64,000 nucleotides of DNA from Hypanus sabinus (lineage: Eukaryota), in the NCBI RefSeq assembly GCF_030144855.1, contig NC_082736.1, positions 7,378,001 to 7,442,000 of the forward strand. The letters are read 5' to 3'. The notes below the pieces were generated by a model. That model was given only the letters and a program-made list of their open reading frames with translations. It searched no databases and was not told the DNA's origin. Numbering within the stretch: the stretch's first letter is position 1; each line of letters opens with the position of its first letter. The position numbers and the translations under genes are program-made. Shown piece by piece: positions 26,401-38,949 of this stretch.

Positions 26401-26899
26401 AGAGTGAAAGCCCCATCTGCCCTTAGCGGTTAGTTATATAATGCCAGTAAACCCATTTAGACCCTCCCCGTCACTAAGAAAGAGTCTGTCAGGCTTCGTA
26501 GCTAAGCGATAAAAGCCAGGAGCTGGACTTGGTTGACAGAGACAATTTGAAGCAGTAATTTATAGGAAGTGACAGCTTGTCCCCATTACCGCCCCACCAC
26601 TGGTTAAAACACGTGTAAGGCACCAATATGTCAGTATGTGAATGGGAAATGGAACTAGAATGCATTGCCACTGGCAGATTGTTGTTGTTGCAGCTCACAG
26701 AGTAGAGGTACTCGATGTTGTGGTACATCAATTTGCTTCCGATTAAATCTCTCATGACAATCACATTTCCATTCTCATCTCTCTTTGATATTTACCCTTT
26801 TGTGTTTTATCCCTTCGGGAGGAACACCTGAGCATCCTGAGACCACTCCCCCCTGTGTCTTCTTTCCCTCCCCTTTCACCAACACTGTCCCTACATGTA

Positions 26900-28450
26900 A
26901 GGTACCTATGAAAAGTATTCATGCTGCTTTTAAGTTTTCATGTTTTAATGTTTTACAACTTTGAATGACGGTGGATTGAATTTGGCATTTGTTTGACTGA
27001 TCAAGAGAAAAAGACTTTTGTGTCAAAGTGAAAACAGATCTCCACAAAGTGCTTGAAATTAATTAGATATAAAATGCAAAATAATTGACTGTATAAATAT
27101 TCACCCCAAAATCATCACTGGTACAGTTTTAGGAATTACATTATCAGTTAAGTGGAGGTCTCTGTGTGAGTCAAGGTGTTTCAATTGATTGTAGTACAAA
27201 TACACGACTGTTGGTAGTCAGTATTCTGGGAGAAACTACACCATAAAAACAAATTAACACTCTGAGCAGCTCTGCAAAAAGGTAATTGAAAATCACAATT
27301 CAGCAGATGGATACAAGAAAATTTTCAAGTCACTGAATATCCCTTGGAGTACAGTTAAGTCACTCATCCTGAAATGGAAAGAATATGGCAGAGCTGTAAA
27401 TCTGCCAGGATTAGGCCATCCTCAAAAACTGAGTGACTGTGCAAGAAGGGGACGAGTGAGGGAGGCCACCAAGAGACCTATGCTAACTCTAGAGAAATCA
27501 CAATCTTCAGTGGCTGAGATGGGAGAGACTGTGTAGACAACAACTGTTGCCCAGATGCTTCACCTGTCAGAGCTCTTTGGGAGAGTGGCAAAGAGAAAGC
27601 CATTGTTGAAAAAAGCTCTCATGAAATCTCACCTGGAGTTTGCCAGAAGACTCTGAAGTCAAATGGAAGAAGGTTCTATAGTCTGATGAAACAAAATTGA
27701 CCTTTTTGGCCATCAGATTAAACACTAAGCTTGGCGCAAGACAAACACCGCACAGCATCAAAAACACACCATCCCAGCATGGTGAGGCTGCATCATGCTG
27801 TGGGGCGTTTTCACTGCAGCAGGCCCTGAAAGGCTCAGAAAAGTAGAGGGTAAAATGAATGCAGCCCAATACAGTGAAATCTTGGAGGAAAACCTAATTC
27901 AGTCTGCAAGTGAACTGTGACTTAGGAGAAGATTCATTTTCCAGCAGGAGAATGGCTGCAAGTATAAAACCAAAACTGCACAGGAATGACTTAAAACCAA
28001 AGTTAATGTCCTGGAGTGGCCAAGTCAGAGTCCAGACCTCAATCCAATTGAGAATTTAACTGGACTTGAAAAGATCTGTTCACTCATGAACCGCATGCAA
28101 TCTGACAGAGCTTCAGCAGTTTTGTAAAGAAGAATGGGGATAATTTTCAGTGTCCAGATGTGCAAAGCACATAGAGACCTGTCCACACAGAGCCAACGGT
28201 AATTACTGACAAATGTGCGTCAACTTGACTTGAAGGAGGTGAATACCAATGCAATTAAATTATTTTGTGTTTTATATTTGCAATTAATTAGATCACTTTG
28301 TAAAGATCTGTTTTTCACTTTGAGACCAGAGAGTCCATTCTGCTGATCACTGTGGGAAAATAAAGCCAAATTAAATCCACTGTGAATCAACGTTGCAAAA
28401 CAATAAACATGAAAACCTCCAAAGGAGACTGAATACTTTTGATGGCACTG
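26900..28450 (+). mobile_element. Tc1-like DNA transposon, IR/DR type (~210-bp TIRs), transposase decayed
   Basis: Long inverted repeats 26900-27110 / 28235-28450 ending ...gaatacttttgatggcactg-TA. Transposase remnants KVL*SDETK, GEAASCCG, FQQENG and LEWPSQSPDLNPIENL. Confidence 0.88.
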
Positions 28451-28674
28451 TATCCACCCCTTCACCAGCACGTTATGAACAAATCCACCCTGCTCCTTTC
28501 CATTTTGCCGATTCCGTGTGGAACATTAAACATGTAGGAATGTCAAATTCCCAGTCCAAGTCTCTGTAACCATGTCCCTGCAATAGCTGGTAGCTCCAAC
28601 ATATTCGTCAGTACACAATATGGAACAGATGGCAACCTGCCCTTCTGTCCACAATATCTGCACCAATCATAACA

Positions 28675-29240
28675 GTGTTGAGACTTTGTAAAGTACTGGT
28701 GAGGTCTCACTGGAGTATTGCGAGCATTTGTGGGCCCTTTATCTTAGGAAGGATGAGCTGAAACTGGATGCGTTTCAAAGGAGATTCTCAAAATTGCCTC
28801 CAGGATGAAACAGCTCGGCATATGAAGAGCGTTTGATTGCTCTGGGCCTGGACTCACTGGAATTTAGGTCAATGAGGGCTGACCTAATTGAAACCTTTCG
28901 AATGGTGAAAGGCCTTGATAAAGTGGATGTGCGGAGGATGGGAGTGTCTGAGACCAGAGGACGCAGCCTCAGAATAGAGCATTGTAGAATGTGGAGATGA
29001 GGAATTTCTTTAGCCAGAGAGTGGTGAATCTGTGGAATTTGTTTCCTCGGGCCGCTGTGGAGCCAAGACTTTATGTATATTTAAGGCAGTGGTTGGTAGA
29101 TTCTTGATTGGTCAGATCATGAAGGGTTACAGGGAGAAGGCAGGGGATTGGGGCTTTGAGGGAAAATGGATTAGCCACGGTGAAATGACGGAGCAGATTT
29201 GATGGGCCTAATGGCCTAATTCTGATCCTATATCTTAGAG
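28675..29240 (+). mobile_element. CR1 LINE 3' fragment
   Basis: ORF2 C-terminal motifs (YEERLIALGL, FFSQRVVNLWN) and tail ggcctaatggcctaattctgatcctatatctt. Confidence 0.8.
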
Positions 29241-31170
29241 TCTGTATCACCTCCTCAGAAACCTCAATCAGCTTTATCAAGTGTGATCTGCCTGCACAAA
29301 GCCATGCTGATTGTCCCTGAGCAGGCCGTGCCTTTCCAAATGTGCATAAACCCTGTACCTCAGTATCCTCCCCAGTAGCTTCTCCACCACTGAAATGAGG
29401 CTGCCTTGCTTATAGATCCCTAGGTTCTTGTTATTTCCTTTCTTGATCAAAGCTGCAACATTTGCTACACTCCAGTACTGAGGGACCTCAAATGTTGCAA
29501 TTCAGGACACAGACAGACAGACATACTTTATTAATCCTGAGGGAAACTGGGTTTTGTTACAGTTGCACCAACCAAGAATAGTGTAGAAATATGGCAATAT
29601 AAACCATAAATAATTAAATAATTAAATTATGCCAAGTGGAAATAAGTCCAGGACCAGCGTATTGGCTCTCGTTGTCTGACACTCCGAGGGAGGAGTTGTA
29701 AAGTTTGATGGCCACAGGCAGGAATGACTTCCTATGAGGCTCAGTGTTGCATCTCGGTGGAATGAGTCTCTGGCTGAATGTACTCCTGTGCCTAACCAGT
29801 ACATTGTGCATTGGATGGGAGACATTGTCCAAGATGGCATGCAACTTGGACAGCATCCTCTTTTCAGACACGACCCTCAGAGAGTCCAGTTCCACCCCCA
29901 CAACATCACTGGCCTTACGAAGGAGTTTGTTGATTCTATTGGTGTCTGCTACCCTCAGCCTGCTGCCCAGCACACTACAGCAAACTGGATAGCACTGGCC
30001 ACCACAGACTCGTGGACCATCCTCAGCATCCTCCGGTAGATGTTAAAGGACCTCATTCTCCTCAGGAAATAGTGACGGCTCTGACCCTTCTTGTAGACAG
30101 CCTCAGTGTTCTTTGACCAGTCCAGTTTATTGTCAATTCGTATCCCCAGGTATTTGTAATCCTCCACCATGTCCAGACTGACCCCTTGGATGGAAACAGG
30201 GCTCACCAGTGCCTTGGTCCTCCTCAGGTCCACCACCAGCTCCTTAGTATTTTTCTCATTAAGCTGCAGATGATTCTGCTTGCACCATTTGACAAAGTTT
30301 CCCACCGTAGTCCTGTACTCTGCCTCGTCCCCCTTGCTGATGCATCCAACTATGGCAGAGTCATCAGAAAACTTCTGAAGTTGGCAAGACTTTGTGCAGT
30401 AGTTGAAGTCCGAGGTGTAGATGGTGAAGAGAAAGGGAGACAGTGCTGCTGACCACTCTGTCTGACACACATTGTTGGAAGCGCACGTACTGTGGTCTGC
30501 CAGCCAGGCAATCAATAATCCATGACACCAGGGAAGCATCGACCTGCATCACTGTCAGCTTCTCACTGAGCAGAGCAGGGCGGAGGGTGTTGAACGCACT
30601 GGCGAAGTCAAAAAACATGACCCTCACTGTGCTTGCCGGCTTGTCCAGGTGGGCATAGACATGGTTCAGCAGGTAGGTGATGGCATCCTCAACTCCTAGT
30701 CGGGGCTGGCGGGAACCCTCTGGAGACTCAGGCTCAGCTTGAAGACATGGTGAAGTACTCCACATAGCTGGGGGGCACAGCCTTTGAGCACCCTGGGGCT
30801 GACACCATCCGGGCCTGCAGCCTTGCTTGGGTGGAGACGTTTCAGCTGTCTTCTCACCTGTTCAGCTGTGAAGCCCACCATGGTGGTTTTAGGTGGGGGA
30901 GGGGTGTAGTCCTGAGAGCAGGGTGGGGGGCTGTGAGGAGGAGTAGGAGGGGAGAGTGGAGTATGTGTTGGTTGGGGGCCGACAACAGATGAATCGTGTG
31001 GGGGATGGGCCGGGGCCACACTGTCAAATCTGTTGAAGAACAGGTTAAGTTTGTCGTCCCTGTCCACACTGCCTTCAGTTCCTCTGTTGCTGGTTTGCCT
31101 GAACCCAGTGATGGTCCTCATCCCACTCCAGACCTCTGTCATGTTGTTCTGCTGGAGTTTTCACTCAAGC

Positions 31171-31204
31171 GTCCTGACGAAGGGTCTCGGTCCGAAATGT
31201 CGAC
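31171..31204 (+). ncRNA. Minimal type I hammerhead ribozyme motif
   Basis: GTC-CTGACGA-AGGGTCTCGGTCC-GAAA-TG-TC-GAC: stem I GUC/GAC, CUGANGA and GAAA core boxes, predicted cut after C31201. Confidence 0.7.
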
Positions 31205-31300
31205 TGTGATTCTTCCTATAGATGCTGCCTGGCCTGCTGTGTTCCACCAGCATTTTGTGTGTGTTGTTTGAATTTCCAGCATCTGCAGATTTCCTCGTGC
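31171..31300 (+). mobile_element. 130-nt Penelope-derived mini-element inserted in Rex1
   Basis: Starts gtcctgacgaagggtctcgg, ends gcagatttcctcgtgc; the Rex1 sequence resumes on both sides. Confidence 0.85.
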
Positions 31301-32940
31301 TTCCTCCTACACCTGTCTTTAGCCTCCCTGATCTTGGCTTTCAGGTCCCTCTATATTGACCTCAGCTCCTCCCTATTTCCATCTCTAAATGCCCTCTTTT
31401 TAGCGTTCAGGATGTCCTTAATGTCCTTTGTTACCCATGACTTGTTATTTGAATAACGAAGGACAGTTCTTGCCGGAACACTGCAGTCCACACAGAAGTT
31501 GATGTAACCAGTGATGCACTCTGTGAGCCCATCAATGTCCTCTCCATGTGGCTCACAGAGTGCCTGTCTGTCTGTCACCTCAAAACAACTCTGGAGTGTC
31601 TCAGATCAGTGGTCCCCAACCACCGGGCCGCAAAACACGTGCTGCCGGGCTGTGAAGAATCAATATGATTTGGTGATATGAAACAATATGAGTCAGCTTC
31701 ACCTTTCCTCGTTCCCTGTCACGCCACTGTTGAACTTGAACGCACGCAAGGTCATCAGTCGGTATGAGTAAAAAACAAACGTCGCTTGAGAGTTTCTTTG
31801 GAAGAGGTGGTGGGGGACATAAAAGGCCCAATGATGACGACCACGCAGAGACGGCTGAGGCCAAGACTACAAAAAAAAAGAAAGCTTCCTTCAACAGAAA
31901 ATACGACGAGTCGCACATAAAATATGGCGTTATTGCGACCGGTGACTCGTATGCTCCAAGCCCCTGTGTGTGATATGTGGAGACATGCTGTCTAATGAGG
32001 CAATGAAGCCCTCAAAACTGCTTCGGCATCTCGAGTCCCAGCTCCCTGTACTTAAAGACAAACCCTTTAAGTTTTTTGAGTGGAAAAAATGTGAGCAAGC
32101 GGGACAGAAGCAAGTGCTGAGAGCCACCACCTCCACAAATGCTGCTGCTCTGAGAGCGTCATAGTTAGTGGCTAGCCATATTGCTGAGGCTAAGAAGCCT
32201 TTCACTGTTGGGGAAGAAGTGATTCTGCCTGCTGCCAAGGACATGTGCTGTGAACAGTTGAGAGAAGCTGCTGCTAACAAGATGGCACAGGTTTCTCTTC
32301 CAGCTACCACAGTTTCAAGGAGAATCGATGACAAAGCGGAGGACATTGAAGCATAGATGTTAGAACGGCTTAACGAGTCACCATGGTATGCTATCCAGGT
32401 CGACGAGTCTACCAATGCGACAACAAGGTAACACTGCTGGTTTATGAGCGATATATATTTCAAGACGATGTGCACGAGGATACGTTGTGCGCAATGCCAC
32501 CGCCAACTAACACAACTGGGGCAGAACTGTTCAAGTCTTTGAATGACTACATGTTAGGCAAACCGGACTGGTCATTCTGTGTTGGAATATGCACAGATGG
32601 GGCTGCAGCTATGACTGGACGGCTGTCTGGTTTCACTACCCGAGTCAAAGTGGTTGCTCCTGAATGACAGTCTGCAAACTTCAGGGGAGAATGACAGCTA
32701 TCCATGTCAGCGCGGGAAGATCAACCCCTCGAGCTTGCAAATGATGGTGGGTTGAAAAATATGTTTAACATAACATCTCTGCCGGCATTCTGGATCAAAT
32801 TCAAGGCTGAATATCCTGAGATAGCCATGAAAGGACTGAAAACGTTGCTTCCGTTTCCAACATCATATCTCTGTGAAGCGGGGTTTTCTGCAACGAATGC
32901 AACAAAAACTAAATTGCGGAATAGACTGGATATAAGGAGC

Positions 32941-33072
32941 AAAAACGAGGAAATCTGCAGATGCTGGAAATTCAAACAACACACACAAAATGCTGGTAGA
33001 ACACAGCAGGCCAGGCAGCATCTGTAAGGAGAAGCACTGTCGACATTTCAGGCCGAGACCCTTCGTCAGGAC
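32941..33072 (-). mobile_element. 132-nt Penelope-derived mini-element with 9-bp TSD
   Basis: TSD ataaggagc at 32932-32940 and 33073-33081; same unit as 31171-31300, opposite strand. Confidence 0.88.
33039..33072 (-). ncRNA. Minimal type I hammerhead ribozyme motif
   Basis: Minus strand GTC-CTGACGA-AGGGTCTCGGCCT-GAAA-TG-TC-GAC. Confidence 0.7.
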
Positions 33073-33532
33073 ATAAGGAGCCCCCTTTGAGTATTGCTGT
33101 CTCCCATCACCCTTCGATGAGACCGCCTTATTGTAGGAAAACAAGCCCAGGACTCTTACTGATTCACCGATATTGGTGTGTTGCAATGATTTTATATGTT
33201 CATACGGGGATATTAGGTGCTGTGTGTTTAATATCCAAATGTTACTTAATATGTTATGGTGCTATTGACTTATAAGTGCCCTATAATTGACTTATCACTG
33301 TATTCATGGGAGGAAAATCTGCACTGTGTGTTTAATACTAAATTCTTGAGATAAACCCCTTTAGAAACAAAATTGAGTGTATTAATTAGCCACTTATAAG
33401 TGACTTATAGTTTCACCTGCATTCTGGTATATATTAACAAACCCCTACCCCTCCCCCCCGCCGGCCGGTCCGTAAGAATATTGTCAATAAATATTATATG
33501 GGTCTGCGGTGCAAACCAAGTTGGGGACCCCG

Positions 33533-35050
33533 ACAAAGATCCTTGTCAAATCCCCAGCAATCTGCTCACTTGCTTCTTTCACTATTGTAGGATATATGCC
33601 TTCAGTTCTTGGAGTCTTATCCATCTTATTGCTTTTCAGATGTCCCAGCACAGCCTCCTCCTCAATCTCAACATTTCTCTGCACATTAGCATGTCTCGCT
33701 CTATTTTCATTGACATTCAATTCCTTCTCCTCGGTAAATATTGACACAACGGACTCATTTAGTACCTCAGCCACTTGGTCTGACTTCAACCACATCATTC
33801 CTCCTTTAATCTTGAGTGGACCTTTCCAGTCTCTGGTTATCCCTGTTTAACTAATATAAATCAAGAGGCCTTGGGATTATCTTTGATCCCACTGCACGAG
33901 GACGGTTTGAGGCCCCATTTGGCCTTTCCTATCACCAGCTTTCGCATTTCCCCGCTATCTTTATATTCCAAAGATACCCAGTCTGATTTTAGCTTCATAA
34001 ACCTTCCATATCCTTCTGACTAAATTCAGGATCTCTCCATTCATCCAAAGTTCCCTTACCTTACCGTCCTTGTCCTTACTCCTTACAGGAACATGCTGAT
34101 CCTGAACGCTGAGCTGCTGGTCTTTAAACAACTCCCACATGTCAGATGTCGACTTGTCTGACAGTGGCTGCTCCCAATCAATGCCCCTTGGCTTCTGTCT
34201 TACTCATAACTAACGAACAAAATAAATGGTGATCGTCAGCTGGCCTGGCTCGTTTCCCTAAACTAATTCCCGTCTGTTCTTGCCTCTGGTGGGGCTCTGT
34301 ACATAATGTTTCAAACACTCCTCGGAATCGCTGAAGAAATCTTGAGCATCTCAGCATTGAGCAAGATCCAGTCAATTCGAGGGAAGATAAAGCCCCCCAC
34401 TATGACAGTTCTGTTCTGCACCTCTCCCTAAACATAAACCTCTGTGTACCTCCACCTCCCGGTGGTTATTGGGGGCCAATACTATAATCCAGTCCGTGTG
34501 ACTGTAGATTGCCTCTGTAAGTGAGCCCCCCAGTTTGCTGTGACATTCCCAGTGGGGTAACCTCTGCATTTTATAACCCCCCTCCTCCCCACTCACATGT
34601 AAAACAATGAAACCTAGAGATGTTGAGCTGAACGTCCGACAACATAATACTCCTAATGTTGAAATAAACTTCTTTCAGCCCACCAATCCCACCATGTTTA
34701 TTGGCCTGACATTGGCTCTCGTTCTTTTCAGACTGTCTTGTCATACATACATTCTCCCACTTGCTACTCCAGTTCCAACTCCGCCAAGTGACACCATCAA
34801 ACCTCCTGGTGAGGATATTGGTTCCCCTCCGGTCCAGATGGAAATGGCCTTGTTTGTCCCGGTCTCCCACCTGACTGGAAGGGAGCCGATTGATCCATGA
34901 ATCTGAAGATCTCCCTCCTGCATCGGTTCCTCAGCAGCAATTGTTTCCTCACCACACCAGCACAAGGTTTGGGCCACAATTCGATAATTACAATCCTGGA
35001 AGTCCTGCTTTTTAACCTATTTCCTGAAAATCACTGTGTAGGACCTGATA
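33533..35050 (-). mobile_element. Old CR1 fragments (ORF1 esterase, endonuclease, RT N-terminus)
   Basis: HLDRRGTNIL, VYFNIRSI, VAEVLNESVVSIFTEE, KMDKTPRTEGIYPTIVKEA. Confidence 0.75.
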
Positions 35051-35499
35051 CCTGCTCGTTTAACCCTTCCGTGTAGCATGAAGAAAGCTCCCGTAAACAT
35101 ATTGGCTCCCCTCCTTGGACCCGTCTCACCTTTCCCTCGGGACCTCAATGATCCTCGTACCTAAAGCCGTCACCCACCTCACACCAGCTCCTCAGCCACC
35201 ACTTTACCTGGTCTTTAGAAGGCACCAAAGCGAGGTCTGTATATCCTTATATCTGCCTATGTATCCTGTTCCTTTATGTGACCGGACTTTCATTTCCCTC
35301 GTGATCCAGGGGAACAATTGTTCTGATGAATTAACCCTCTCGACTGCACCCTCGCCCACCAACTGCTGTGTGTGAGGACGCTCGCATTGGTCCTGGGGCC
35401 GGGGAGGGACAGACTGAGGTCCTCGGGGAGTAGCGGAATGGAAAAGCACTCCTATAATTTAAAACAGGAGAATCAGCAAATTTCCAGAAATCTTCCAGT

Positions 35500-35842
35500 T
35501 TGTACGTGTTTCATACCATCTTGGACAATGACTCCCATCCACTCCAAAACGTACTGGTTAGGCACAGGAGTACATTCAGCCAGAGACTCATTCCACTGAG
35601 ATGCAACATTGAGTATCATAGGAAGTCATTCCTGCCTATGGCCATCAAACTTTACAACTCGTCGCTCGGAGTGTCAGACAACCTGAGCAAATAGGCTGAT
35701 CCTGGACTTATTTCCACTTGGCATAATTTACTTATTATTATTGAGTTATTTATGGGTTTATATTGCTATATTTCTACACGATTTTTGGTTGTTGCGACTG
35801 TAACGAAACCCAATTTCCCCCGGGATCAATAAAGTATGTCTC
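35500..35842 (+). mobile_element. Rex1/Babar 3' end
   Basis: HTILDNDSHPLQNVLVRHRSTFSQRLIP; reverse-complement match to 29520-29850; aataaagtatgtct tail. Confidence 0.88.
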
Positions 35843-35846
35843 TCTG

Positions 35847-35967
35847 GAGTGGATGTGGAGGGGATGTGTCCTATAGTGGGGGAGTCTAGGATCAGAGGAC
35901 ACAGATAGAGTGGATGTGGAGAGGATGTTTCCTATAGTGGGGGAGTCTAGGACCAGAGGACACAGAT
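35847..35967 (+). repeat. Tandem duplication (2 x 61 bp) of a CR1 fragment occupying the H4 promoter position
   Basis: gagtggatgtggag.ggatgt.tcctatagtgggggagtctagga.cagaggacacagat at 35847 and 35908. Confidence 0.9.
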
Positions 35968-35992
35968 CGAGCAAGAGCGCTTTCTGTTGGAA

Positions 35993-36284
<292 letters not shown>

Positions 36285-36317
36285 AAAACTCCCACTTCCT
36301 CCCGAGAACAACACAAA

Positions 36318-36333
36318 GGCTCTTCTAAGAGCC
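36318..36333 (+). terminator. Histone 3' stem-loop (H4)
   Basis: GGCTCT-TCTA-AGAGCC followed by ACCCA and a purine-rich HDE (cagagggagc). Confidence 0.93.
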
Positions 36334-36679
36334 ACCCACCGCCTCACAGAGGGAGCCGTGTCCACAACCTTTTAATTATTTTTATCGATATATTTGGCTG
36401 AGCTACTTTTGAAACAGATTAATCATTCCGCTTGAAATATATATATAGCTGCGATTGTGCCTTTCCAGGCGGTGATTACCGTGAATGCTGGATGCATTTA
36501 TATCGATCTTAAGCATTCTGTCCATCTCGGACAGAAATCAGTTCACTCGTTTTGAGAGTCGATTCCGTAATCATGCATTCAAATCTTCACTGAGGGAATT
36601 AGATATTAAATGAAACTGAAAGTACATGATCCGTGATAGAATTAATTGTAAATAATAAGTTATCAGGCTGGGTGCTCTG

Positions 36680-36901
36680 AAATTGGCGGGCGGTTCGAAA
36701 TTAATCGGGCGCCAATCACAGTGCATTCCGATTGGATGAAGTCCGACCGCCAATTAACAATTTCCCATTTTGTCGTAAATTGTTATTCGCCGCCAGCCTG
36801 CATGAAATCAATAAACCAATCGCAGCAAGGAGATCCTTTAACAGACAGTTGGTGCACAGCCAATCATAAGCGGTGGGACTGCACTTCCCAGCGGTATAAA
36901 A
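36680..36901 (+). promoter_or_regulatory. H3 promoter
   Basis: TATAAAA 36895-36901; CCAAT boxes ~36711, 36816 and 36860, ATTGG ~36731; E2F-like TTGGCGGG ~36683. Confidence 0.8.
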
Positions 36902-36965
36902 GCCTGTGCTGGAGCCCGTTTCGTCTATCTTGTTCCTGTATTTCAGCCTGTGTCCTCACTCCTGA

Positions 36966-37382
<417 letters not shown>

Positions 37383-37411
37383 GCCCAATCTACACACCAA
37401 ACACCTGAAAA

Positions 37412-37427
37412 GGCTCTTTTAAGAGCC
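37412..37427 (+). terminator. Histone 3' stem-loop (H3)
   Basis: GGCTCT-TTTA-AGAGCC with downstream HDE aaggaaagggctgt. Confidence 0.93.
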
Positions 37428-38209
37428 ACTACCACGGCAAAGGAAAGGGCTGTAGCTTGCTCATCATTGTTGTAGTTGCGACCTGTCCTGCCGATCGATT
37501 TTGCACTAATTATCCCGTGCTCCCAGTGTAGTTTAGCGAGGGACAGGAGCTGAACGCGCTCACTTCCTGTCAGGGTCTCATCTGGCCCTTCACTTCTCTC
37601 ACAAACCTGTCGTGTACAGCTGGTGCGGCTGTTACCGTTTTGTTTGCTTTGGACATGGGGATACGTTCGTGCCCGCTGTGCTTGGAGTGAAGCATGCCGA
37701 CGCGAGGGGTAACAGTGGGGGAATTCAGGGGGCGGTGACTGCCAAGAAATAGTGATTTTTAAGATTAGATTTCGCTCTTGTACATTTTTGATATTGGTGT
37801 TTTGTGTAAATTAACAATGTCGTTTTGTAGCTGGGGCCTGCATGAAGGTCAGTCGGCAATGCCACCGGGTAGTTTATCATATAGCCTCCCGCTGCAGTCC
37901 GTCCCAGAGACGGATCCCTCTCTCAACACGCCCCCTCCCCTCTCGCGTAGGTTTCAGCAGTTCCCAATCAACTCAGCTGAATCTCCGCTGGTGTCAATGT
38001 CGGTCACTCTCGCCCAGATCGGAGAAGGAATTGGTCCTGAAACTGCCCACATCCCTTATCTCTCAATCTCAGCTCGGGCATCCGTGTCTCATTTCAGACA
38101 CCGCACCAAATGTCAGAGGTACCGGCAATCTCGGGTTCCATTGAGTTCTCAATCGGACCCAGCGCGGGAATCACAACACTCCGAATCAGCTCTTTTCTGA
38201 GATGTGGGT

Positions 38210-38225
38210 GGCTCTGAGAAGAGCC
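38210..38225 (-). terminator. Histone 3' stem-loop (H1)
   Basis: Minus strand GGCTCT-TCTC-AGAGCC-ACCCA and HDE cagaaaagagctga. Confidence 0.93.
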
Positions 38226-38262
38226 GTTGGGTTCAGATACACACAAATGGTGGATTCTCAAT

Positions 38263-38880
38263 TCACTTTTTGACTGCTGTCTTCTTGGGTTTCGCGGGTT
38301 TCGACTTCGGCTTCTTGGCCGCCTTCGTCTTCGGGGTTGCGGCTTTCTTGGGGCTCTTGGGCTTCGGCGCCGCTTTCTTAGCCACGGGTTTCTTTGCTGC
38401 CGCTTTTTTAGCCGCTGGTTTCTTACCTCCCGCTTTTTTAGTCGCTGGTTTCTTTGCTCCTGCTTTCTTAGCCGCTGGTTTCTTGGCGCCAAGCTTCTTG
38501 CTGGAAGATTTCTTTGCCGCTGGCTTGTTCGCTTTCTTCACCACCTTCACGGCAGTTTTCCCTTTACCGGATTTAAAGGATCCCGAAATACCCGAGCCCT
38601 TGGCCTGAACCAAGGAGCCGCTTTCCAGTTTCCTCTTGATGCTCATTTTGACCTGGTGGCGACGTTTCGCCACATCGACACCGCTGTCGGCCAGAGCCTT
38701 CATGATGGCCGCACCGGACATACCCTTCCTATCGTGACAACCCGTCACGATCTTATCGATCTGTTCGCCCAGCGAGGGACCGGTTGGTTTGCTCCGGACA
38801 GCCGCCTTCTTCTTGGGAGTCTTCTTTGCGGCGGCGGGTGCGGCTGGAGGAGCAGTTTCGGCGGATGCTGTCTCAGTCAT
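38263..38880 (-). CDS. H1: Linker histone H1 (205 aa)
   Basis: MTETA N-terminus, winged-helix globular domain (..GSLVQAKGSGISGSFK), Lys/Ala/Pro-rich tail with TPKK/SPKK sites; stem-loop and H1 promoter present. Confidence 0.97.
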   Translation of the reverse strand: MTETASAETAPPAAPAAAKKTPKKKAAVRSKPTGPSLGEQIDKIVTGCHDRKGMSGAAIMKALADSGVDVAKRRHQVKMSIKRKLESGSLVQAKGSGISGSFKSGKGKTAVKVVKKANKPAAKKSSSKKLGAKKPAAKKAGAKKPATKKAGGKKPAAKKAAAKKPVAKKAAPKPKSPKKAATPKTKAAKKPKSKPAKPKKTAVKK

Positions 38881-38949
38881 GTCGGCGACTCTGGTAAATC
38901 CTTCTCACAATCAGAACTGAATGAGAAATGAAGCGAAAGGCGGCGGCAC

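Larger units (their letters stand above)
29505..31606 (-). mobile_element. Rex1/Babar LINE (RT), interrupted by a PLE mini-element and cut at the hAT boundary
   Basis: KAAGPDGVSPRVLK, VRVMFFDFASAFNT, LSPFLFTIYTSD, KFSDDSAIVG, YKYLGIRIDNKLDWS; (TGTC)n tail at 29505-29525. Confidence 0.92.
31607..33532 (+). mobile_element. hAT (Buster/Charlie-type) DNA transposon, internally deleted, transposase broken
   Basis: TIRs cagtggtccccaac / gttggggacccc(t)g. BED finger PCVICGDMLSNEAMKPSKLLRHL, AKKPFTVGEEVILPA, VGICTDGAAAMTG, dimerisation motif LLPFPTSYLCEAGFS. Confidence 0.92.

Noticed and set aside
31764-33027. Domesticated ZBED5/SCAND3-like gene
   Set aside because: TIRs present, multiple stops and frameshifts, large internal deletion and a PLE insertion: a dead transposon
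29520-35842. Inner inverted repeat 29520-29850 vs 35500-35842
   Set aside because: Two independent Rex1 3' ends; homology stops at the element boundaries
38227-38931. 234-aa plus-strand ORF and other overlapping ORFs
   Set aside because: Antisense or alternative-frame shadows of the repetitive H1 gene
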